A DNA stretch of 64,000 bases from an uncultured Hyphomicrobiales bacterium (GCA_964604745.1 CAZSAW010000080.1:12245-76244); one strand, 5' to 3'; numbered from the stretch's first letter, positions 9,812 through 19,177 are shown. Made by a program: numbers and translations. Notes: a model not told the origin generated them from the sequence alone.

Positions 9812-10414
9812 ATGTTGAGAGAAATCCGACCGGCGATCGTTCTGCTGATCCTCTTCACCCTGATCACCGGCGTCGCCTATCCCTTTGCCGTCACCGGAAT
9901 GGCCAGAGCCATTTTTCCCGCGCAGGCCGCGGGCAGCCTGATCGAGCGTGATGGGAAGATCGTTGGTTCGGCGCTGATCGGACAGGTTTTCGCTGAGGAC
10001 AGGTATTTCCACGGCCGGCCTTCGGCGACGGTGGCACCCGATCCCAACGATTCGAGCAAGACCGTCGACGCACCCTACAACGCGGCCAATTCCGGCGGCT
10101 CCAATCTCGGACCGACGAGCAAGGCGCTGGTCGACCGCGTGACCGGCGATGTGGAAAAGCTCAAGGCGGAAAATCCGTCGGCGCGGGTTCCGACCGATCT
10201 CGTGACGGCGTCCGGCAGCGGGCTCGATCCACATATCTCCCCTGAGGCCGCCCTGTTCCAGGTGCCGCGTGTTGCAAAGGCGCGTAATATGCCTGAAGAG
10301 CGCGTCCGCCAGCTTGTCGAGCAGCATATAGAGAACCGCACGCTCGGCATTCTGGGTGAACCGCGCGTCAACGTACTGGCGCTCAATTTGGCTCTCGATC
10401 AGGGAGCAAAATGA
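9812..10414 (+). CDS. kdpC: K+-transporting ATPase subunit C
   Basis: N-terminal TM; 'GSALIGQ', 'YFHGRPSA', '[10 protein letters not shown]', '[12 protein letters not shown]', '[11 protein letters not shown]'. Confidence 0.97.
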   Translation: MLREIRPAIVLLILFTLITGVAYPFAVTGMARAIFPAQAAGSLIERDGKIVGSALIGQVFAEDRYFHGRPSATVAPDPNDSSKTVDAPYNAANSGGSNLGPTSKALVDRVTGDVEKLKAENPSARVPTDLVTASGSGLDPHISPEAALFQVPRVAKARNMPEERVRQLVEQHIENRTLGILGEPRVNVLALNLALDQGAK

Positions 10415-10448
10415 CGAGCGCCGCGAAACGCAGGGCCTCCACGAGGTA

Positions 10449-13172
10449 ATGGCGGAACAGCGGCGCGATCACGATCAGCGGCCTTCGCCGGAAGCCTTGC
10501 TCGAAGCGGCGCGCCGGGAGGACAGCCGCGTCGGCAAGTTGAAAATCTTCGTCGGCGCCGCGCCCGGCGTCGGCAAGACCTACGAGATGCTGCAGCAGGC
10601 GCGCGCCCGCCGTAAGGATGGCTACGACGTCGTCATCGGCGTGGTCGAAACACATGGCCGCCGCGAAACCGATGCCCTCGTCGAAGGGCTTGAAGTCATC
10701 CCGCGCCGGCGCCTCGAATACAAAGGCCAGCCGCTCGAGGAAATGGACATCGACGCGATCATCGCGCGAAAGCCGCAGATTGCCTTGGTCGACGAACTAG
10801 CCCATACCAACGCGCCCGGCAGCCGTCATCCCAAACGCTACCAGGATGTCGAGGAACTCCTGAACCGCGGCATCGACGTCTATTCGACCGTCAACATCCA
10901 GCATATCGAGAGCCTCAACGACGTCGTCGCGCAGATTACCCGCGTCCGCGTGCGCGAGACCGTGCCGGATGCGGTCTTCGACCGCGCCGACGCGGTCGAA
11001 CTGGTAGATCTCACCCCCGACGACCTGATCGCGCGCCTGAAGGAAGGCAAGGTCTATGTGCCCACGCAGGCCGAGCGTGCGCTGGAGCATTTCTTCTCGC
11101 CGGCCAATCTGACGGCGCTGCGCGAACTCGCCTTGCGCCGCACCGCCGAACGCGTCGACGAACAGCTTTTGACGCAGATGCAGGCGCGCGCCATTCAGGG
11201 GCCGTGGGCCGCCGGAGAGCGTGTTCTCATTTGCGTCAGCGAAGATCCGCGTGCCGCGGGGCTTGTGCGCTTCACCAAGCGTCTGGCCGACAGGCTGCAC
11301 GCGCAATGGACCGCGCTCTATGTCGAAACGCGCCGCAGCCTGCAGCTGTCCGAAGAGGAGCGCGACCGCGTTGCCGACACATTGCGGCTCGCGCAGGCGC
11401 TCGGTGGCGAGCCGATTACGATTCCCGGCGGCGCCCGGCACATCGCCGATGACGTGATCGCGTATGCGCGATCCAACAACATCACGCAGATCGTCATCGG
11501 TAAATCGACGCGCTCGCGCTGGTTCGAAATCCTGCATGGCTCGGTCGTGCACGATCTCGTCAGCCGCGCCGGCAATATCAGCGTGCACGTGATTGCGGGC
11601 GAGGAAATCGCCGCCGAGCCGCTGCCGGGCAGGGGCATCAGCACGGCCGAGAAGCCGCATGCGTTCGACCTCGCGTCATATTTTTTTGCCGCCGCCGCGG
11701 TGGCGTTGGCTTTGGGAATAGGCAAGGCGATACAGCCATGGTTCGGCATCGAGAATGTCGATCTGGTCTTCCTGACCGCCATCGTCGCGGTAGCGGCGCG
11801 GTTCGGCCTTCTGCCCTCGCTCGCCGCCAGCGTGGCCGCTTCGCTCTGCTACAATTTCTTTTTTCTTCCGCCGCTTCATACCTTCACGATCGCCGAACCG
11901 ACCAATGTCGCCGCCTTCTTTTTCTTCATTCTTATCGCCGTGGTCGTTTCCAACATTGCCGCGCGCGTGCGCACGCAGGCGCTGGGGGCGATCGGGCGGG
12001 CGAAGACGACGGAATTGCTCTATGCCTTCAGCCGCAAGCTCGCCGGCGTGGGGACGCTTGACGACGTGCTCTGGGCGACCGCCTATCAGGCGGCGCTGAT
12101 GCTGAAGGTCAACGTCGTGCTGCTGCTGCCGGACAACGGATCGATCGCGGTGAAGGCTGGTTATCCGCCTGAGGATATGCTCGATCAGGCGGATCTCGCC
12201 GCCGCCCGCTGGGCCTGGGAGAACAACCGGCCGGCCGGCCGCGGCGCGGAAACCTTGCCCGGTGCCAAGCGTCTGTTTCTGCCGATGCGGACCGGACGCG
12301 GACCTGTCGGCGTCGTCGGCGTCGACAGCGCCAAGCCCGGACCACTGCTCGATCCCGACCAGCGCCGCCTGCTCGATGCGCTGATCGACCAGAGCGCGCT
12401 CGCCATCGAGCGCGTTCGGCTGGTGGAAGATATCGATCGCGCCCAGCGCGTGATGGAGACGGACCGCCTGCGTCAGGCGCTGCTCACCTCGATCTCGCAC
12501 GATCTGAAGACGCCGCTCGCCGCCATTCTCGGCGCGGCCGGAACGCTGCGCGACCTGTCACAGACGCTGGACACCGCGGCGCGGACGGAGCTTCTCGCCA
12601 CCATCATCGACGAATCCGAGCGGCTCAACCGCTTCATTGCCAATCTGCTCGACATGACGAAGCTCGAATCGGGGGCCGTCTTGCCCAAAGTAGGCTTGCA
12701 CGAAATCGGTGAGGCGGTCGGCTCGACGCTGCGGCGCGCGGCGAAGATCCTCGCCAATCACGAGGTCGCCGTCGATCTCGCCGCCGATCTGCCTTTGGTC
12801 GAGATCGATCCGGTGCTGTTCGAGCAGGTGCTGTTCAATCTTCTCGACAATGCCGCGAAATTCGCGCCGCCGAAAACGACGATCACGATCAGCAGCTGGC
12901 GCGAGAAGGAGGCGGTCTGCCTGCAGATCGCCGATGAAGGACCCGGTATTCCGCCCGACGATGTCGAGCGCATCTTCGACAAGTTCTATCGCGCCGAGAA
13001 GGGCGATCAGGTGCGCGCCGGCACCGGACTGGGGCTTGCCATTTCGCGCGGCTTCGTCGAAGCCCTCGGCGGCACGATCGCCGCCGGCAACCGACCCAAT
13101 CGCAGCGGCGCCGTCTTCACCATCCGCCTGCCGGTACCGGCGATCGGCACGTCGCCGGAAACCGCCGCATGA
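10449..13172 (+). CDS. kdpD: Sensor histidine kinase KdpD
   Basis: ATG 10449 after GAGG; KdpD domain with Walker A GAAPGVGKT, USP domain, 4 TM, GAF, H-box SISHDLKTPL, HATPase G-boxes. Confidence 0.97.
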   Translation: MAEQRRDHDQRPSPEALLEAARREDSRVGKLKIFVGAAPGVGKTYEMLQQARARRKDGYDVVIGVVETHGRRETDALVEGLEVIPRRRLEYKGQPLEEMDIDAIIARKPQIALVDELAHTNAPGSRHPKRYQDVEELLNRGIDVYSTVNIQHIESLNDVVAQITRVRVRETVPDAVFDRADAVELVDLTPDDLIARLKEGKVYVPTQAERALEHFFSPANLTALRELALRRTAERVDEQLLTQMQARAIQGPWAAGERVLICVSEDPRAAGLVRFTKRLADRLHAQWTALYVETRRSLQLSEEERDRVADTLRLAQALGGEPITIPGGARHIADDVIAYARSNNITQIVIGKSTRSRWFEILHGSVVHDLVSRAGNISVHVIAGEEIAAEPLPGRGISTAEKPHAFDLASYFFAAAAVALALGIGKAIQPWFGIENVDLVFLTAIVAVAARFGLLPSLAASVAASLCYNFFFLPPLHTFTIAEPTNVAAFFFFILIAVVVSNIAARVRTQALGAIGRAKTTELLYAFSRKLAGVGTLDDVLWATAYQAALMLKVNVVLLLPDNGSIAVKAGYPPEDMLDQADLAAARWAWENNRPAGRGAETLPGAKRLFLPMRTGRGPVGVVGVDSAKPGPLLDPDQRRLLDALIDQSALAIERVRLVEDIDRAQRVMETDRLRQALLTSISHDLKTPLAAILGAAGTLRDLSQTLDTAARTELLATIIDESERLNRFIANLLDMTKLESGAVLPKVGLHEIGEAVGSTLRRAAKILANHEVAVDLAADLPLVEIDPVLFEQVLFNLLDNAAKFAPPKTTITISSWREKEAVCLQIADEGPGIPPDDVERIFDKFYRAEKGDQVRAGTGLGLAISRGFVEALGGTIAAGNRPNRSGAVFTIRLPVPAIGTSPETAA

Positions 13173-13858
13173 CCGCCGCTCCCCTCAAGGTGCTGGTCAT
13201 CGACGACGAGCCCCCCATCCGCAAGCTGCTGCGCATGGGGCTGGGAACGCAGGGCTATGAGATTCTCGATGCGCCGAATGGAAAGACCGCGCTTGAGCTG
13301 ATGGCCAAGGGCCCTGACCTCGTCATCCTCGACCTCGGGCTTCCGGACATCGATGGTCTCGAACTTCTTCGCCGCATACGCCAGCAGAATGAAAGCGTGC
13401 CGATCGTTGTCCTGTCCAGCCGGGGCGACGAAGGCGGCAAGGTGCAGGCGCTCGATCTCGGCGCCGACGATTTTGTGACGAAGCCGTTCGGCATGGATGA
13501 ATTGCTCGCGCGCATCCGTACTGCGCTCCGCCATCAGCTGCAGGTGCACGGCGAGCGGCCGATCTTCCATGTCGGCGATCTCTCCGTCGACCTCGTGCGA
13601 CGCATCGTCACGGTGCGAGGGCAGGAGGTGAAGCTGTCGCCGAAGGAGTACGATCTCTTGCGTCTTCTCGTGCAGCATGCCGGCAAGGTGCTGACGCACA
13701 AATTTCTGTTGCATGAATTGTGGGACGATCTCACCGACGCGCAATATCTGCGCGTCTATGTGCGGCAATTGCGCCAGAAGATCGAGGCCGATCCCGAGCG
13801 GCCGCAATTCATCCTGACCGAGACGGGCATCGGTTATCGGCTGCGCGCGCCGGACTAA
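13169..13858 (+). CDS. kdpE: OmpR-family response regulator KdpE
   Basis: REC (DDE, LDLGLPD, KPF) plus winged helix ('YLRVYVRQLRQKIE..P..P.FILTETGIGY'); ATGA overlap with kdpD. Confidence 0.96.
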   Translation: MTAAPLKVLVIDDEPPIRKLLRMGLGTQGYEILDAPNGKTALELMAKGPDLVILDLGLPDIDGLELLRRIRQQNESVPIVVLSSRGDEGGKVQALDLGADDFVTKPFGMDELLARIRTALRHQLQVHGERPIFHVGDLSVDLVRRIVTVRGQEVKLSPKEYDLLRLLVQHAGKVLTHKFLLHELWDDLTDAQYLRVYVRQLRQKIEADPERPQFILTETGIGYRLRAPD

Positions 13859-14026
13859 CGTGGCGCACATGCGCAAGGTGGATGAATGCCGAGGAGCGGC
13901 ATTCGATTTTGATTCAATCGCTCAATTCTCGGACTTGGTTGCCGCATAAGTGTTTGCGCGAATGGACCGGTTGCAGCGCGTGTGACTAACTCGCGCCGGC
14001 TGAAAAGGTATCCTGACCGGGAGGCA

Positions 14027-15685
14027 ATGAAGCTTTCCAAGCGCATCGCCATCGCAGCGGTCGGCCTTTTGGCACGCGCCAGGAGCGCGGCGTTTGGCGA
14101 AGCTATGGCACCAGCAGCGACCGCCGCGGACACCGAGAGTCTGACGCGCGCGCTTGAGCGCATGCGCTGCGCGTTGGACGAAAAGTCGGGCGCGCTTCTC
14201 CGCGAAGTTCAGGAACGGGAGCGTATCGTGGAGGCGCTCCGCCATTCGCTGGCAAGGCAGAAGGCCGTGTTTGCGTCGGCGCTCGACGGCATCCTCACGC
14301 TCGACGAGAACGGCGGCATCGAAAGCCTCAACCCGGCAGCCGAAGCGCTGTTTGGGCAGACGACCGATGCAGTGGCGGGCCGCAATATCGATTACCTGAT
14401 CGTGCTCGGCGCTGAGTCCGCCACAAGCACAGCCGAGCGTCTGCGTGAACTGGTGGCCGCCGGATGCGTGCACGAATTGACCGGCCGCCGCAGCAATGGC
14501 TCCGCCATTCCGATCGAAGCGGTGGTCAGCGAGATGCCGGTGGATGACCGGCGGATGTTCGCCGTCTTCGTGCACGACATCCGCGCCAAGCGGTCGGCGG
14601 AAAAGAAATTCCAGCTCGCCTTCGATGCCTGTCCGACCAGCATGATGATGATCGGCGCGAACGGAACGATCATGCTTACCAACGCGGAGACCGAGCGCCT
14701 GTTCGGCTACCGTCGTGGCGAGCTGATCGGCCAGCCGGTGGAAGTTCTTCTTCCGCCGCGCTTCCGCGAGGAGCATGCGCGGCTGCGTCAGGTATTCGGC
14801 ACGCATCCCCTGTCGCGGCCGCTCGGGACGGGACGGCATCTGATGGGCCTGCGCAAGGACGGCAGCGAATTTCCTGTCGAGGTTGGCCTCAATCCGATCC
14901 AGACGCAGGACGGCTTGGTCGTGCTGGGCGTCATACTTGACATCAGCGCGCGCCAGCGTCACGAGCGCATGAAGGATGAATTCGTCGCCACCGTGAGCCA
15001 CGAACTGCGCACGCCGCTGACGTCGATCGCCGGCTCGCTCGGGCTTTTGTCCGGCGGGGCAGGGGGCCTGCTGCCTTCGGCGGCGATGCGGCTCATCCGT
15101 ATCGCGCATGGCAACAGCCAGAGGCTCGTGCGCCTGATCAACGACATTCTCGACATTGAGAAGATCGAGTCCGGCAAGCTCGATTTCGAATTCAAGCGCA
15201 CGGGGGTCAAGCGGCTGGTCGAACAGGCGATCGATGGCAATCGCGCCTATGCCGACAGCTTCGGCATCGCCGTGCGTCTTGATCCCGATGCCGAGGAGGC
15301 GATGGTGAACACCGATCCCGACCGCCTGATCCAGGTCCTGACCAATCTCCTGTCGAACGCGATCAAGTTCTCTCCACCCGATGGCGAGGTGCTTGTCTCG
15401 ATCGCGAGGCGGCAACAGGACGTGCGTATCGGCGTGCGCGACCACGGCGACGGCGTTCCCGACAATTTCCGCATGCGAATCTTCGAAAAATTCGCGCAAG
15501 CCGACGGCAGCGATGCGCGGCGCAAGGGCGGCACCGGGTTGGGACTCTCGATCGTCAAGCAGATCATGGTTCGCCTGCATGGAGACGTCGGATTTGAACC
15601 CGCCCCGGGCGGTGGTACCATCTTCTACGTGGACTTGCCGCGCTGGGATGACGCGGCGCCGGGCGCCGTGATGGAGGTTGCCTGA
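14027..15685 (+). CDS. Cytoplasmic PAS-PAS histidine kinase
   Basis: Two PAS domains, H-box VSHELRTPL, N-box NLLSNAIKF, DHGDG, GGTGLGL; no clear TM. Confidence 0.92.
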   Translation: MKLSKRIAIAAVGLLARARSAAFGEAMAPAATAADTESLTRALERMRCALDEKSGALLREVQERERIVEALRHSLARQKAVFASALDGILTLDENGGIESLNPAAEALFGQTTDAVAGRNIDYLIVLGAESATSTAERLRELVAAGCVHELTGRRSNGSAIPIEAVVSEMPVDDRRMFAVFVHDIRAKRSAEKKFQLAFDACPTSMMMIGANGTIMLTNAETERLFGYRRGELIGQPVEVLLPPRFREEHARLRQVFGTHPLSRPLGTGRHLMGLRKDGSEFPVEVGLNPIQTQDGLVVLGVILDISARQRHERMKDEFVATVSHELRTPLTSIAGSLGLLSGGAGGLLPSAAMRLIRIAHGNSQRLVRLINDILDIEKIESGKLDFEFKRTGVKRLVEQAIDGNRAYADSFGIAVRLDPDAEEAMVNTDPDRLIQVLTNLLSNAIKFSPPDGEVLVSIARRQQDVRIGVRDHGDGVPDNFRMRIFEKFAQADGSDARRKGGTGLGLSIVKQIMVRLHGDVGFEPAPGGGTIFYVDLPRWDDAAPGAVMEVA

Positions 15686-15686
15686 C

Positions 15687-16355
15687 ATGACGCGTGTGCT
15701 CCACGTCGACGACGAGCCGGACATCCGCGAGGTCGTGACCATCGCGCTCGGGCTCGATCCGGATTTCACCGTGCAAAGCTGCGCGTCCGGCGGCGATGCG
15801 GTGATGGCGGCGGCGGAATGGCTGCCCGATGTCATTCTGCTCGACGTGATGATGCCGGGCATGGACGGCCCTGCGACGCTCTCACGCCTGCGCGAAAGCA
15901 CCGAAACGGCGGGCATCCCGGTCGTGTTCATGACAGCGCGAGCACAGGCCCATGAATTGCAGCATTTCGTGTCGCTGGGAGCCGAAGGCGTCATCTCCAA
16001 ACCGTTCGATCCGATGGAGCTTGCGACCTCGGTGCGCCAGCATATGCAATTCTCGCCGGCGAAATTCGCCGAACGCCGGGAGAATTTCATCCGCCGCGCG
16101 AAAATCGACGCACAGGCGCTCGCCGATGAGCGCGCCGATCTTGCCGACCCCGTGCAGGCGACCTCGGCCCTGCGCGCGATTCAGGCCATCGCGCATGCGC
16201 TTGCCGCCGGCGCCGGCATTGTCGGTGTGACGGAGGTCGGCAACGCGGCGCAGGCCGTCGAACGGTCGGCCGATGCGACACTGAGGAACGAAAACTCGTG
16301 CGCCGCCGTCGAAGACACGCTCGACGTGCTCGGCGCTGCGATCGGCCGGCTGTGA
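15687..16355 (+). CDS. Response regulator, REC plus C-terminal Hpt-like domain
   Basis: REC (VDDE, LLDVMMP, T, KPF); C-terminal helical domain with 'IAHALAAGAGIVG' Hpt-like His motif. Confidence 0.85.
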   Translation: MTRVLHVDDEPDIREVVTIALGLDPDFTVQSCASGGDAVMAAAEWLPDVILLDVMMPGMDGPATLSRLRESTETAGIPVVFMTARAQAHELQHFVSLGAEGVISKPFDPMELATSVRQHMQFSPAKFAERRENFIRRAKIDAQALADERADLADPVQATSALRAIQAIAHALAAGAGIVGVTEVGNAAQAVERSADATLRNENSCAAVEDTLDVLGAAIGRL

Positions 16356-17374
16356 TCCTGGCTTTTGCGCCGAGCCTTCGCACTGCGGCCGCCGCTGCGA
16401 CGTTTCTGGTGCTGGCAAGCGCCGGCGCTGACGCCAGCGATCCGCGGTTCGACGGATTCAACATTGTGGTCAGCCGGGGCGCGCCATTCGGCAGTGACAA
16501 GGCGCGGCGCTCGCTCGCCGAAGCAAAGAAATCGGGTGCCGTCGCAATCGCGATCGTTCCGTTTCTCTGGCAGGCCGCTCCGTCGGATCCCGTCATCGTT
16601 CGCGGCTCGGACATGAGCGACGACGAACTGCGTCTCGCCATTCGGGATGTGCGCGCGCTTGGCTTCAAGACGATCGTCAAACCCCATGTCTGGGTCGATG
16701 GCTCCTGGGCCGGTGCGGTGGCGCCGCAAGGCGAGGAAAACTGGCGCACGTGGTTCATCCGGTATCGCGAGGAAATCGGCCGTATCGGGGCGATCGCCGC
16801 GGCCGAAGGCGCCGACATGCTCGCGATCGGGACGGAATTGACAAAAACAACGGCTCGCCCGGAATGGCGCGATGTTATCGCAACGGCGCGCGCGGCGTTT
16901 CCGCGAACGCTTGTTTATCTCGCCCACGATGCCGATGAGGCGGAAGTGGTGCCGTTCTGGGATCGGCTCGATCTTGTCGGTGCGACGCTCTATCCCCCGC
17001 TCGGCGCGGATGGCGACGGCACGTTCCGCCGCGCGGCGATGACGGCGAGCGCGCAGCGGCTCGACCGCTTGGCGGCGCGCACCGGCAAGCGCGTTCTCGT
17101 CGGCGAGATCGGAATCCGCTCGGCGCGGGGCGCCGCCGCCAAGCCGTGGGAAAGCGCGGAGGAGCGTTTCGCCGATCCGGATCAACAGGTTCAGGCCGAC
17201 GTGCTGCGCGACTGGCTTGCGGTTCTGCAGCGGCAATCCATCGCAGGCATTCTTGTCTGGCGCTGGTTCACCGACCCCGCGGCGGGCGGGGCGCACGACA
17301 CGGATTTCACCGTGCAGCATAAAACGGCGGAAACAGTGCTGCGCTGCGCCTGGACGAAAACCTGCGCGCGCTGA
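16352..17374 (+). CDS. Secreted glycoside hydrolase, GH113-like TIM barrel
   Basis: GTG start overlapping the previous stop; signal peptide; 'KPHVW', 'W..WF..YR', 'IGTEL' (acid/base), 'GEIG' (nucleophile), 'WRW'. Confidence 0.78.
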   Translation: MILAFAPSLRTAAAAATFLVLASAGADASDPRFDGFNIVVSRGAPFGSDKARRSLAEAKKSGAVAIAIVPFLWQAAPSDPVIVRGSDMSDDELRLAIRDVRALGFKTIVKPHVWVDGSWAGAVAPQGEENWRTWFIRYREEIGRIGAIAAAEGADMLAIGTELTKTTARPEWRDVIATARAAFPRTLVYLAHDADEAEVVPFWDRLDLVGATLYPPLGADGDGTFRRAAMTASAQRLDRLAARTGKRVLVGEIGIRSARGAAAKPWESAEERFADPDQQVQADVLRDWLAVLQRQSIAGILVWRWFTDPAAGGAHDTDFTVQHKTAETVLRCAWTKTCAR

Positions 17375-18190
17375 TCAGAATTTGTACCAGAGGCCGGTCA
17401 CCACACCGTTTTCCTGCAGCGCATTGCGTCCGGAAAAGGTAGTGAAAGCGCCGGCCTGCAGCGCGAGGTCTTTGCTCAGTTCGTGCACGACGCTCATCTG
17501 CAGCTTGTGGTAATCGTAGCTCGGAAACAGCGCCGAACCGGAGCCTTGCGACACCACGCTGAAGGTCTGCGCAAGCACCAGCCATTTCGGGTCGGGCCGG
17601 ATGCCGAAGGTGATATCGCCGCGAAATTCGTCGGGCGGTGCGCCGGTGCGCCAGCGTTGTGCCGCCTGCAGATCGATGAAAGCTGGCCATGCGCCGATCG
17701 AAAAGCTCTTGCCGAAGAGAAGGCGCGCATCGATCTCGTTGTCGGTATAGCCGATTGCCGCCGGATTGAGAGAATCGGACGTGCCGGCGACGCGCAGCGT
17801 TGTTTGCGCGGACAGAATCCAGTCGTCGCCTTTCATCAGGCGAAAGCGGCCGCCGAATTCGCCATAGCCGAGGCCGCTGCGCGATGCGTCGGTCGGAGCG
17901 GCGATGCCGATATGCTGCAATTGCGGGGCGACGATGGCGGTGAACCAGTCCGTTACGCCGTATTCGACCAGCGCGGTCAGTTCAAACTTGCTGTAATGCG
18001 GCGTCGGCTGCAGGTCGCGGTCGCCATCGAACGCCGTGACCGCGCCGCTTGGCGTGCCGGTGACGACGACCTGGCCCTTGCCGTCATCCATCAGCCAGGC
18101 GCCGGCGCGGCTTTCCGGCGATTGCGCCAGAAAGCCAAACCCCGCGCCGAGCGCCGCAATCAACGTCCGCATTATGCGCGACGGAGTCAT
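17375..18190 (-). CDS. Putative outer-membrane beta-barrel protein
   Basis: 3' part of ORF 17375..18892. Signal peptide (…SRA/GAW), alternating amphipathic strands, C-terminal beta-signal VVTGLWYKF. Confidence 0.7.
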   Translation of the reverse strand: MTPSRIMRTLIAALGAGFGFLAQSPESRAGAWLMDDGKGQVVVTGTPSGAVTAFDGDRDLQPTPHYSKFELTALVEYGVTDWFTAIVAPQLQHIGIAAPTDASRSGLGYGEFGGRFRLMKGDDWILSAQTTLRVAGTSDSLNPAAIGYTDNEIDARLLFGKSFSIGAWPAFIDLQAAQRWRTGAPPDEFRGDITFGIRPDPKWLVLAQTFSVVSQGSGSALFPSYDYHKLQMSVVHELSKDLALQAGAFTTFSGRNALQENGVVTGLWYKF

Positions 18191-18201
18191 GAGGCCTGCC
18201 G

Positions 18202-19176
18202 TCAGCTCACAAGCTCGGCAATCGCCACGCGGTTTCCGCCCGCGACCGCCGCCCGCCGCGCGACGGCGCGCGCATCGGCGACGAACTTGGCCCGGTTGAT
18301 GTTGCGATGCGCCTGTCCGCTGACCACGCCCACGCTCGCCGTCACGCCATCGAAGGCGATCGATTCGGAATTGGCGATCGCGAGCCGCACCACGGACTGG
18401 CGCAGGGATTCGGCAAGGTCCTGCGCTGCGCTGATCTTCATCTTCGGCACGACGACCAGAATCACACCGTCGCCATAGGCCGCGGCAACGACGCCGATCG
18501 GCGCTGTCGTCTGGCGTATGGCGTGCGCGACCTGCGCCAGGACGGCGCGCCGTGTGTCCTCTCCGTGCGCCACCGACATCGCGTCCAGTCGATCGACGCA
18601 GACCGCCAATACCGAAAGCGTCTCGCCTTCTTCGTGCTCCGCGGCGGCGCTGAGATAGGCCTCGGCGGCCTCGCCGGCGAACAGGCCGGTCGCGGCATCG
18701 ATGACGCGGGAGGGATCGCGGGAATCGAATTGCATGCGGGCGAATGTCATCAGCTCGGCCTCGCGCGCCTTGCGGCGATCGAGCTCGGCCTTGAGCTTGA
18801 GCGCGGAGCGCACGCGTGCGAGCAGCTCGACGCGATTGAACGGCTTGGTGATGTAATCGGTCGCGCCGGCGACGAACGCGTTGGCGAGGCAATCCATGTC
18901 GTTGATCGCCGTCACCATGACGATCGGAATATCGGCATAGCGTGCATCGCTGCGGACGCGAGCGCAGGCCTCGATGCCGTCGATTTGCGGCATCACCACA
19001 TCGAGCACGATGAGATCGACGTGGGTGCGGTCGTCGGGGCGGCCGTTCAGCCCGAGGAAGGCATAGGCGTGCGTGGCGGATGCCGCGGTGTGCACTTCTT
19101 CGTAACCGGCGGAGAGAAGCGCAGCCTCGGTCAGATCGCGCCAGTCTTCGGAATCGTCGACGACAAGAATACGCAT
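18202..19176 (-). CDS. Response regulator with degenerate GGDEF domain
   Basis: REC (VDDSED, LDVVMPQIDG, TKPF), coiled-coil, then GGDEF fold remnants ('DAATGLF', 'LSVLAVCVDRL', 'AAAYGDGVILVV', 'VTASVGV'). Starts 1 nt after the upstream stop. Confidence 0.85.
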   Translation of the reverse strand: MRILVVDDSEDWRDLTEAALLSAGYEEVHTAASATHAYAFLGLNGRPDDRTHVDLIVLDVVMPQIDGIEACARVRSDARYADIPIVMVTAINDMDCLANAFVAGATDYITKPFNRVELLARVRSALKLKAELDRRKAREAELMTFARMQFDSRDPSRVIDAATGLFAGEAAEAYLSAAAEHEEGETLSVLAVCVDRLDAMSVAHGEDTRRAVLAQVAHAIRQTTAPIGVVAAAYGDGVILVVVPKMKISAAQDLAESLRQSVVRLAIANSESIAFDGVTASVGVVSGQAHRNINRAKFVADARAVARRAAVAGGNRVAIAELVS

Positions 19177-19177
19177 G

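Noticed and set aside
13860-13876. Sigma-54-like promoter before the PAS kinase
   Set aside because: GG-to-GC spacing is off by one from the -24/-12 consensus.
13922-16090. 722-aa minus-strand ORF
   Set aside because: Antisense to the kinase and REC-Hpt; no recognisable domain.
16352-17374. Gene-transfer-agent or prophage tail TIM-barrel interpretation of the GH113-like gene
   Set aside because: No phage or GTA genes nearby; it has a signal peptide and sits in a glycan-synthesis context.
18191-18892. N-terminal extension of ORF 17375..18892
   Set aside because: Off-frame overlap with REC-GGDEF*; the signal peptide begins at 18190.
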